From positions 1 to 64,000 of the forward strand of contig CAWAGQ010000007.1 in the NCBI GenBank assembly GCA_963781585.1: a stretch of 64,000 nucleotides of DNA, read 5' to 3'. How positions within the stretch are numbered: position 1 is the stretch's first letter; each line of letters opens with the position of its first letter. The notes below the pieces were generated by a model. The model was not told the DNA's origin and ran no database searches. It saw only the letters and a program-made list of their open reading frames with translations. This DNA comes from an uncultured Gemmatimonadaceae bacterium. GTDB lineage: Bacteria > Gemmatimonadota > Gemmatimonadetes > Gemmatimonadales > Gemmatimonadaceae. A program made the translations under genes and the position numbers. Below are positions 47,315 to 55,730 of the stretch, one piece after another.

Positions 47315-48763
47315 TCAAGGCGCTATTCTCCTGGCCGGGAGAATGTTCTCGAGCGTGATGCCGGCGACCGCCGGGATGCCATAGCTCTTCTGGAGCTGCT
47401 TGATGCTGGCGGTGAGCAGTGCCTCCATCAGGAATGGATTGTGGACCGGCGAGCCGGCCATGGCGCCGAGGGCAGCATTGAACTTGGCTCCTTCGCCAGG
47501 GGTGATCACGCTGTCCGTATTGACGAACGCCGATTTGGGCACCTGCGCCAACATGGCGTTGACCTCTTGCACCAGCAGGGAGATGCGCTCGGTGGCCACC
47601 TCCTTGGCGTTGCGGGCCACGCTCTGGTCGCCGTGACAGCCGCTCCTGGCGCAGGCGGCGAAGCTGCGCTGCGACTCGTCGCAGCCCTCGTCGACCGTGG
47701 GCTTGCCAGTGGCGTCGAGGCAGGGAATGGGCACGAAGAGGTGACCTGTGGAGTTGAACACCACCGCCCCGCTCGCGTCCTTCACATCCATGCGTGCCAC
47801 ATGACAGGTGACGCACAAATCCTCGTTGCGCGAGGAGCCGTGGGTTCCGTGGATCGTCGTGTCAACGGGCCCGAAGTCCGGCGATCGCCAGCCGGCCGAG
47901 CCGAGGAGGAGGGGACCCTGCGGCGACATCGGTCCGCGCTGGTTCGCGGCGATGTCCGGCTGGGAGCGATAGTGGTGGCACTTCATGCACAGGTTGTCGC
48001 TGACGCTTGCCACCGTAATCGGGTAGCGCAGTTGCTTGTCATTGGTCGCGTCGTGGGGATCGTGGCATACCCCGCACACGATGGGCATGTGACCAGCAAC
48101 GGCAGCCAGGCTGTCCTGCTCGGCGTATCGCACGTCGGCGCCCCACGCCTGCAGTGCGCCGTTGCCGGTGTGGCAGTCACGGCACGGCTCGTTTACCCCT
48201 GCGCTGCTGCTTGCGCGCGGCACCAGGCCGTGCGCCGACTGCGACCACTCCTCCAGGAACGGATACTGCGCGGTCTGATGGCACTCGCCGCAGCCGTTGG
48301 TGAGTGATTGCCCCACGAACATGGAGGCGAGCGGCTGCGAGACGTCAGGGTTCGTCACATGCGTCAGCCCCGGACCATGGCAGGATTCGCACTGGACATC
48401 CTGATAACGGGCGTTGCGCGTCGCCGTCCAACCGACGTTTGCGTCCGTCACGAAGTTCCCGTTGGCGTTCACGGTGTGGCATCCTTCACAGGCCGCCGAC
48501 GACATCCCGCTGTTTCGCAGATCCGTCCAGGCGTGGGAGTGCGCGGTCTGCTTCCACTCGCCGAGCTTGCCGATGTGACAATTTCCGCACACCGGCGTGC
48601 GCGCCGCGGTGTCCGAGAAGCCGAGGAACCCCTGCGCGGCCTCCGGCGGAGAATTCGCGGACGAATTCGGCGCGACGATCTGCGTCTTGTCCACGCAGGC
48701 AGCGACAGCGAGCGTCAGGATCACGACTGCCGAGAAGCGATTCACCCTGTTCTGCACATCCAT
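47315..48763 (-). CDS. Multiheme cytochrome c lipoprotein (8 CXXCH + 1 CX4CH), c554-like N-terminus
   Basis: VAAC lipobox, VQCESCHGPG, CGVCHDPH and C-terminal helices with VHNP; GGAGG RBS before ATG 48763. Confidence 0.88.
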   Translation of the reverse strand: MDVQNRVNRFSAVVILTLAVAACVDKTQIVAPNSSANSPPEAAQGFLGFSDTAARTPVCGNCHIGKLGEWKQTAHSHAWTDLRNSGMSSAACEGCHTVNANGNFVTDANVGWTATRNARYQDVQCESCHGPGLTHVTNPDVSQPLASMFVGQSLTNGCGECHQTAQYPFLEEWSQSAHGLVPRASSSAGVNEPCRDCHTGNGALQAWGADVRYAEQDSLAAVAGHMPIVCGVCHDPHDATNDKQLRYPITVASVSDNLCMKCHHYRSQPDIAANQRGPMSPQGPLLLGSAGWRSPDFGPVDTTIHGTHGSSRNEDLCVTCHVARMDVKDASGAVVFNSTGHLFVPIPCLDATGKPTVDEGCDESQRSFAACARSGCHGDQSVARNAKEVATERISLLVQEVNAMLAQVPKSAFVNTDSVITPGEGAKFNAALGAMAGSPVHNPFLMEALLTASIKQLQKSYGIPAVAGITLENILPARRIAP

Positions 48764-49175
48764 GCAGGTACCCTCCCCAGTGGCACGCAGCCCTGATGGT
48801 AATTCCGCCCCCTGGGCAGCGGCCGCGTTATGCAAAGCGTCGGACGCGTTTCTCGGCTTCTGTGTCAGGCGTTTCCGCCGTCCGTTGCCCGGGTTTTCAC
48901 CGCGATCCCAGCGGCCCTGCAGCGATAACGCCTCGAAGAAGATTGACTGAGAGGGAAACCCCTACTGGTCGCGTCGGACATTTGCCGCGATCCGTGCCCC
49001 GATTCCGTCTGACATGGATGGTCTGCACGACGGGTGCGGGGCGCGCGCAATGTCACCGAAGCTGTTGTCTGGAAAGAGTTTGGGATGAAACGTTAGGCGA
49101 ATCGGATTCGGGGCAGCGCGACGACAGCCGGTGCTTTCCCCACGAGCATGGATCCGTGCCGAGACTCCGGTGATG

Positions 49176-49213
49176 CGCAACGTGCCGGGGATCCTGAGCC
49201 CCGGCACGTTGCG
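49176..49213 (-). terminator. Perfect 15-bp hairpin downstream of the S10 peptidase
   Basis: CGCAACGTGCCGGGG-8 nt-CCCCGGCACGTTGCG, about 20 bp after the stop; no U-tract. Confidence 0.65.
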
Positions 49214-49232
49214 AGCCCCCCGACGTCACCTC

Positions 49233-50804
49233 TCAGGGCAGCACCGGCGTCGGGTGCTCCGTCGACGCAATGAAGTCCGCGATGTCCTTCTTGAGCTTCT
49301 TCGCCGACGACTGGTTGAGATACGCCATGTGGCCGCTCTCGTAGTACGCGAACTTCACCCGATCCGAATACGTCTTGTCGAAGCCAAGGTGCCTGAAGGT
49401 GTACTCGGCGCCCGCAAACGGGGTCGCCATGTCGTAGTAGCCCGCGCCCACCATCACGTGCAGGTAGGGGTCCTTGGCCATCGCGGTCCGCAGTGATTCG
49501 ACCTCGCTGGCGTAGCCCCCGCCAAAGCTGGCCGTCGTGTACTCCCAGCGACCCGTGTGGCCGCCCATGTAGTATTGCAGGTCGCTGGAGTATCCGAGAT
49601 CGTCGTGGAGATAGCGCATGAACGCCGACATGAACGCGCCCGACGGCGCCACGTCGGACGGATCGTAATCCTGTCGCTGACTGGCGGCGTTGCCGTTGAT
49701 GCCGATCATGCGGCTGTCATAGCGCCCCACGGTTTCACGCTGCTCGCGCAGCAACTCGGTCCGGTACGTGCCGGCGTCGATGCGCAGGTTGGTGTTCAGG
49801 ATGTACTGCTGCGACACCCCCGTGAGCTGCGCGATCTTCCCTGCGGTGGCCGTCCGCTCCGCAGGCGTCATCGCGTTGCCCCTGGCCAGCGCGGTCAGGT
49901 AATCGCCGAACGCGAAGTCCCGGGCCTGCTGCAATGCCTGCTCGAGGCTCAACTTCTGCAGGTCGGCGGGGAGTTTCTTGTGATACCAGGCGGTCGCGGT
50001 GTACGTCGGAAGAAAGGTGGCGAAGGCAAGATCGTTGTTAGGCGACTGGGCGATGGTCTGGAAGTCGAGCACCGTGCCGAGCAGCATGATTCCATTCAGC
50101 TCGATCCCCTCGTTGCTCTGCAGCTCCGACGCCAGCCCCGCCGATCGGAAGGTGCCATAACTCTCGCCGAACAGGTACTTCGGCGACGCCCAGCGCTGGT
50201 ACTTGTCCAGGTAGTTCCGGATGAATTCGCCGAACATCGCGATGTCGTTGCGATCGCCGGTGTAGTCGCTGGCCTTCACCCCCGGCCCCGGGCGGGAATA
50301 GCCCGTCATCATCGCGTCGACCTGAACGAGGTCGGTCACGTCGAGCGGCGAGTACGGATTGGTGGTGAGGTTGTAGGGGGGAGCCGGCTGCGTGCCGTTG
50401 GGGCCCATGTCCGGGTGCATCGGACTCATGATGCCCATGTCGAGCCAGATGGACGCCGAGCCCGGGCCACCGTTGTAGAAGAAGGTGACGGGACGGGTGG
50501 CTGCATTCTCTCCATCGCGTGTGTAGGAGATGTAGAACACCGTGGCCTTGGGTTTCCCGTCCGCGTCATGCAGAACCATACTGCCCGTGTGGGCGGTGTA
50601 CGCGATCTCCTTGCCGTCGATGGTGATCTTGTGCTGCGTGGTCGACACCTTCTCCACGGCGCGAACGCCCTCTGCGGCTCCCGAGTCGGACGGGGGAGCG
50701 CCGCCGCGACCGCCGGGGCCCCCCGGCGTTGGGCGCTGGGCCGGAACGGGCCCGACGGCAAGGAATGAAGTGGCGACGCCGAGCAGAAGCAGTCGAACGT
50801 GCAT
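49233..50804 (-). CDS. Serine carboxypeptidase (peptidase S10), secreted
   Basis: NGGPGSAS, GESYG, YYDMATP and SGHM; GGAGG RBS. Confidence 0.92.
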   Translation of the reverse strand: MHVRLLLLGVATSFLAVGPVPAQRPTPGGPGGRGGAPPSDSGAAEGVRAVEKVSTTQHKITIDGKEIAYTAHTGSMVLHDADGKPKATVFYISYTRDGENAATRPVTFFYNGGPGSASIWLDMGIMSPMHPDMGPNGTQPAPPYNLTTNPYSPLDVTDLVQVDAMMTGYSRPGPGVKASDYTGDRNDIAMFGEFIRNYLDKYQRWASPKYLFGESYGTFRSAGLASELQSNEGIELNGIMLLGTVLDFQTIAQSPNNDLAFATFLPTYTATAWYHKKLPADLQKLSLEQALQQARDFAFGDYLTALARGNAMTPAERTATAGKIAQLTGVSQQYILNTNLRIDAGTYRTELLREQRETVGRYDSRMIGINGNAASQRQDYDPSDVAPSGAFMSAFMRYLHDDLGYSSDLQYYMGGHTGRWEYTTASFGGGYASEVESLRTAMAKDPYLHVMVGAGYYDMATPFAGAEYTFRHLGFDKTYSDRVKFAYYESGHMAYLNQSSAKKLKKDIADFIASTEHPTPVLP

Positions 50805-51337
50805 GAGGATACCTCCGTGGTCTTGTGATAAAGTCGCGGACCAACCGGACGCGAGAGACGCAAAGGCCGCGGGCGCCTGCGCGGTGGGCCGTGGCCGACG
50901 GGTTGTAGCGTACCTTAGTGGTATCGCGCGATCATCGCGAGGCGTTGAGCCGGCTCAGCCGGCACGGGCGCAAGCTGGTTAACAGGGGACTGCCGTGCCT
51001 GCCGAATGCTGGACAGGAAACGCGCCGCGATCCGCTGCCAGGCCGGCACGCCGTCCGCGACGCGGTTCCGAGTCCGCCGCCAGCAATTTCAAGGACAGGC
51101 TTCGCGGCGGCCTCATGGTCAGCACCGGAGATAGTTTCCCGGAGAGCCGCTCCGCAGAGTTGCCGCGGATGATTGCGAGTTCGCGGAGAGGGGCGAAGTC
51201 AAGTTGCAAGGAGGGGAGGGTTGGTGGCGGAGAGCGCTGGTGCTGGTCCGTCAGCCATCGCAGCTCCGGGGCCGGAATCCGGGGTAGAACGACGCCACCC
51301 ATTTCACCTGATAGCTACTTGCGGTAGGGTACGATAA

Positions 51338-51724
51338 ACCTCTTGTCCCGATCCCGCCGGATTCACTCAGCCCTGCAACTCCCGCAGCTATGATGCCGTT
51401 CCGAACTTTACCTCGCAGTCATGCCGCGACGCGTCCGCTTGTACGACCGAGTACGTGAACGGTGCCACGCCGCCAATAAAGCTCTGGTGCCAGTACAGAA
51501 CTGGTGGTGGCGCCCAGGACGGCGACAGCGGATCACCATTCTTCAGTGTCGTCGACTGCGCTCCCGGGCAGCCGACGCGCGCCGATGGCACGGCGTGTGT
51601 CAAGTTTGCGGGTCTTCACGGGGGCACAAACCCCGATGGCCGAAGTCTCTTTTCTTCAATCACTGGCATGCAAACAGATTTTGGATATGACCTGCTGATG
51701 CGTCCGACCGATTGGCCCCACTAA
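51338..51724 (+). pseudogene. C-terminal remnant of a trypsin-like (S1) serine protease
   Basis: WCQY...GDSGSPFF...AGLHGG...FSSI. The frame is closed by TAA at 51335-51337, so the catalytic His/Asp half is missing. Confidence 0.55.
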
Positions 51725-51794
51725 ACGACGCATCCTGCGAACGCGACTTGCGGCACATCGTTATCGCGTGTCGCTGGTAATCATGGAGATCCTC

Positions 51795-52202
51795 ATGCAA
51801 CTGCACCGCATATTCTTGCGGGCCATGGTGGCCGCACTGCTGATCTCTTTCGGTGTGTCCGCGTGCGAGCCCGAGGTGTTCACCTGTGCCGAACCAGGCA
51901 GAGGGAGCCTCACAGCAGCAGTCGTCAATGCGGTGACGGGTCTCCCGGCCGGTTGGGCTGCCACGCTGAATATCCGGTCCGGTGCACATGTCGCGACCTA
52001 TGCAGCGACCGACTTCCCTGCCAGTGATTCTCTGCGAATCGTCCTGCTATCAGTCCCGGTCGATTGTCCGGGACTCTACGACGTCACTGTATCTCGCGAG
52101 GGATTTGCTACGTGGAGAGGCAAGTTTAGCGCCACCGCCGACCGCTGTGGTGTCAAGGACGCCGCGCAGATCGTCGTGCGCCTTCAGCAGATGCACCCTT
52201 GA
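51795..52202 (+). CDS. Small lipoprotein with carboxypeptidase-regulatory-like beta-sandwich
   Basis: VSAC lipobox, VVNAVTG, PGLYDVTVSREGF; GGAG RBS. Confidence 0.7.
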   Translation: MQLHRIFLRAMVAALLISFGVSACEPEVFTCAEPGRGSLTAAVVNAVTGLPAGWAATLNIRSGAHVATYAATDFPASDSLRIVLLSVPVDCPGLYDVTVSREGFATWRGKFSATADRCGVKDAAQIVVRLQQMHP

Positions 52203-52316
52203 GGTTGACCGTTCGATTTCCGGTGCGGCGCGCGTCGGCGGTCGACCCCATCGGGTCGCTTCGCGGCAGGTAGAGGCCGCCTGACAAGTCGGCGGTGCCG
52301 CGCGGTCTCCTGCTGG

Positions 52317-52483
52317 TCAGGAAGCACCGGCATCGGATGCGCCGTCGACGCAATGAAGTCCGCGATGTCCTCTTCAGACCCAGTGCCGCCTGCGGGGGCG
52401 GGGGCGGTCAGTGGCCGAAGGGCTGTAGTGGTACGTTGTTAGTGGTATCGCGCGGTCGTCACGAACCGTTGAGCCGGCTCAGC
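52317..52483. repeat. Composite direct repeat of 49233-49288 and about 50874-50959
   Basis: 30-bp identical run CCGTCGACGCAATGAAGTCCGCGATGTCCT (49259-49288 and 52342-52371); shared TTAGTGGTATCGCGCG and CGTTGAGCCGGCTCAGC. Confidence 0.85.
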
Positions 52484-52682
52484 AGTGATCGCCGTGTGCT
52501 CCGAAATGGGGTCCGCAGAAAATGGGGTCAGACTCGATTTATCGGACCGGGGCTCCCTTCGTCGCATCGAGTCGGGCCCTGGAGCCCGGCATTGCCCCGG
52601 AAACGCTTTCCATAGGAACGATTCGGCTGTACTTTCGCCTTCGATCCCGGCTTCGACCGGGAGGCCTCTTGCACCTATTGTC

Positions 52683-53342
52683 ATGGCCTTCTCCTTCTTC
52701 CGCGCCGCGACCGGATCCGCGCTCGCCCTGAGCACCCTCGCCATCCCGAGCGCCGCCCAGACGCCCCTGTCGGGCGTCGAGCAGGCAAGGCAGGACAGCA
52801 TCCGCCGGCCCTACACCAGGGCCGACATCGACTTCATGTCGGGGATGATCGGCCATCACGCCCAGGCCGTGAAAATGGCGGGCTGGGCGCCGTCGCATGA
52901 TGCGAGCAAGTCGCTCCAGATCTACTGCGGCCGGATCGCGATGGGACAGTCGGCCGAGATCGGGCTGATGCAGGCCTGGCTCCGGGACCGGAACCAACCG
53001 GTTCCGGAAGCCGATCCACGGGGCATGAAGATGGAAATGGGGGGCATGACCCACTACATGGTGATGCCCGGCATGCTCACCGACTCCCAGATGGCGCAGC
53101 TCGACTCCGCGCGCGGCGTGGAGTTCGACCGGCTGTTCCTGATCTTCATGATCCAGCACCACCAGGGCGCGATCGATATGGTGGATACCCTGTTCAACAC
53201 GCCGGGCGCCGGACAGGACGAGATCGTCTTCAAGTTCGCCAACGACGTCCAGGTGGATCAGAGCACCGAGATCGAGCGCATGAAGCAGATGCTGGCGGCG
53301 CTCCCGCCGGCGTCGAAGCCCCGACCGCATAACCACGACTGA
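52683..53342 (+). CDS. DUF305 (ferritin-like, CopM-related) secreted protein
   Basis: ADIDFMSGMIGHHAQA, FDRLFL.FMIQHHQGAIDM and Q..EIERM. Confidence 0.88.
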   Translation: MAFSFFRAATGSALALSTLAIPSAAQTPLSGVEQARQDSIRRPYTRADIDFMSGMIGHHAQAVKMAGWAPSHDASKSLQIYCGRIAMGQSAEIGLMQAWLRDRNQPVPEADPRGMKMEMGGMTHYMVMPGMLTDSQMAQLDSARGVEFDRLFLIFMIQHHQGAIDMVDTLFNTPGAGQDEIVFKFANDVQVDQSTEIERMKQMLAALPPASKPRPHNHD

Positions 53343-53420
53343 ATGGCGCGACGCAGCTGATCGCGCGCATCGCGTCTTTCCCCGGATTGCCCCGCTCCCT
53401 CACCCAGACCGGAAGCACCC

Positions 53421-55667
53421 ATGCGTCCCGTTCCATCCACGCACCGTATTGGTGCGAGATCCCCATGGCCCGTGCTGCGCACCGCTTGCGCGGCGATTGC
53501 CTCGCTCGCCGTGGCAGGCTGCGCGTCATCGTCAGGCAGCGCGATGTCGGAGAATCCGCAACCGCAGGGGATGGTCGACATGTCCGGGCCGGTGGTGACG
53601 GCGCCGTCGCCCGATCCGCGGGTCGGCCTGAAGGCCGGGCTTCAGGACGCCGGATCGGCGATCTGGAACATGCGGCTGGTCTCGCACACGCCGTCGCCGC
53701 AGGGATTTGCGGGGATCACCAACTCCGACCTCGCGTTCTCCGGCCAGAATGTCATTCAGGGGAATTACAACGGCTTCCAGGTCTGGGACGTCTCGAATCC
53801 GGCCCAACCGAAGCTGCGAATCGGCAAGATCTGTCCGGCTTCGCAGAGCGACGTGTCGGTCTATCGGAACCTGCTGTTCGTTTCGGCCGAGGCGCCGAGC
53901 GCGCGCCTCGATTGCGGAACGCAGGCCCCGCGCGATGTGGTGAGCAGCGATCGCATTCGCGGCCTCCGCATATTCGACATCACCGACATCGACAATCCGA
54001 AGTACATCGCCAACGTGCAGACCTGCCGCGGTTCGCACACCCACACCGTGGTGCACGATCCCCGGGACCCCGCCAACGTGTACGTCTACATCTCGGGGAC
54101 ATCGGGTGTGCGTCCATCCGAAGAACTCGCGCGCTGCAATGACAATCCGTGGGACCCCAACACCTCGCAGTTCCGCATCGAGGTGATCCGGGTTCCGCTC
54201 GCGCACCCCGACCAGGCGGAAGTCGTGAGTGCACCCCCGATCTTTGCCGACCCCACGTCGGGCTCGGCCGCCGGTCTCGCGTACATCACCAGCCACGGCG
54301 CGTCGCCGGCGGACACCGCGAACCTTCGACGCCGGGCGCAGTTCGACAGCGCGCGTGCCCGGTTGGCGCCGGTGACCGCGACGTCGACCGCGGCGGATTC
54401 CGCGCGCTGCAACGCGGAGGTCGAGGCGCTGGCGCGGACGTACGAGGTGGACCTGACGGCGGGGCGTGGGGGGCGCGGCGGTCGCGGCGGACTGGTGGGC
54501 GGAGGATGCGGACCCGATGCCGTTGGCGGACGGGGGGGCCGCGGCGGTCGCGGCGGGGGAGGGAATGCGGCTCCCGTGACGCGTGAGGATTCGGCGCGCG
54601 TCGCCTTTACGAATGCGGTGGAGGCGCTCAGGCCTCTGACCGCGACGTCGAACAGGTCGGACTCCGCCGCGTATCGCACACAGGTCGATGCGCTGGCGAA
54701 ACGGTACGGGGTCACCTCGCCGTTCGCGCCGCGCATGATCACGCAGTGCCACGACATCACCGTGTATCCGGATGTCGGCCTGGCCGGTGGCGCGTGTGCG
54801 GGGATGGGGCTGCTGCTCGACATCCGCGACACACCGCATCCGAAGCGCATTGCCGCGGTGTCCGATTCCAACTTCTCGTTCTGGCATTCGGCGACCTTCA
54901 GCAACGACGGGTCGATGGTGCTGTTCACCGACGAGTGGGGCGGGGGCGGTGCGGCCTACTGCCGGGCCGGCGATCCGCGGGAGTGGGGGGCCGACGCGAT
55001 CTTCCGGATCGTGAACGGGAAGATGGTCTTCCAGAGCTACTACAAGCTGCCGGCGCCGCAGACCCAGCTCGAGAACTGCGTGGCGCATAACGGCTCGCTG
55101 ATTCCCATTCCGGGACGCACGATCATGGTGCAGGCCTGGTATCAGGGCGGCCTGTCGGTGTTCGAGTGGACCGACCCCCGGCATCCGCACGAGATCGCGT
55201 TCTTCGACCGGGGACCTAACGATTCGACGCGGGCGATGGGCGGTGGATTCTGGTCCGTATACTGGTACAACGGACATCTGGTCGGATCCGAGATGCAGCG
55301 CGGACTAGACATCTTCGAACTCACGCCGAGCGCGGCGATTTCGCAGAACGAGATCGACGCGGCGCAATCCGTCCGGATGGATTTTCTCAACGTGCAGGAT
55401 CAACCAAAGTTCGTCTGGCCGGCGAGCTTTGCGCTGTCGCGGTCGTACGCCGATCAGCTCGAGCGATGGAAGGGTCTTGCGCCCGACCGGATCGCGGCGC
55501 TGCGCAGCGGCCTGACGAGCGCAGAGGCGCTGACGGGCGCCGCACGGAAGAGCGCGTTGAGCGCGCTGGCCGGGCAGGTGGGTGGATACGCGAAGGGGTC
55601 GGGCGATCCGCAGCGCGTGCAGTGGCTGGCGGCGTCGGTCCGGGATCTCGCGGACGCGACCCGCTGA
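53421..55667 (+). CDS. LVIVD-repeat beta-propeller lipoprotein
   Basis: LAVAGC lipobox; NSDLAF, GLRIFDI, CRGSHTHT, CHDI, FWHSATF and NCVAHN. Confidence 0.8.
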   Translation: MRPVPSTHRIGARSPWPVLRTACAAIASLAVAGCASSSGSAMSENPQPQGMVDMSGPVVTAPSPDPRVGLKAGLQDAGSAIWNMRLVSHTPSPQGFAGITNSDLAFSGQNVIQGNYNGFQVWDVSNPAQPKLRIGKICPASQSDVSVYRNLLFVSAEAPSARLDCGTQAPRDVVSSDRIRGLRIFDITDIDNPKYIANVQTCRGSHTHTVVHDPRDPANVYVYISGTSGVRPSEELARCNDNPWDPNTSQFRIEVIRVPLAHPDQAEVVSAPPIFADPTSGSAAGLAYITSHGASPADTANLRRRAQFDSARARLAPVTATSTAADSARCNAEVEALARTYEVDLTAGRGGRGGRGGLVGGGCGPDAVGGRGGRGGRGGGGNAAPVTREDSARVAFTNAVEALRPLTATSNRSDSAAYRTQVDALAKRYGVTSPFAPRMITQCHDITVYPDVGLAGGACAGMGLLLDIRDTPHPKRIAAVSDSNFSFWHSATFSNDGSMVLFTDEWGGGGAAYCRAGDPREWGADAIFRIVNGKMVFQSYYKLPAPQTQLENCVAHNGSLIPIPGRTIMVQAWYQGGLSVFEWTDPRHPHEIAFFDRGPNDSTRAMGGGFWSVYWYNGHLVGSEMQRGLDIFELTPSAAISQNEIDAAQSVRMDFLNVQDQPKFVWPASFALSRSYADQLERWKGLAPDRIAALRSGLTSAEALTGAARKSALSALAGQVGGYAKGSGDPQRVQWLAASVRDLADATR

Positions 55668-55730
55668 CCGCCTGCAGGTTCGGATCCGGGCAACTCGTGA
55701 GGTTCATTTTCCTGAGGAGACGGTAGCCAC

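Noticed and set aside
47315..48763. Calling this gene nrfA or hao
   Set aside because: No CXXCK motif, the heme count and lipoprotein/porin context differ, and there is no nrfH-like neighbour.
50915..51090. Minus-strand frame ending AEPAQRLAMIARYH, echoed as AEPAQRFVTTARYH at about 52439
   Set aside because: Faintly like a YoeB-type C-terminus, but the rest shows no similarity; treated as part of the DNA duplication.
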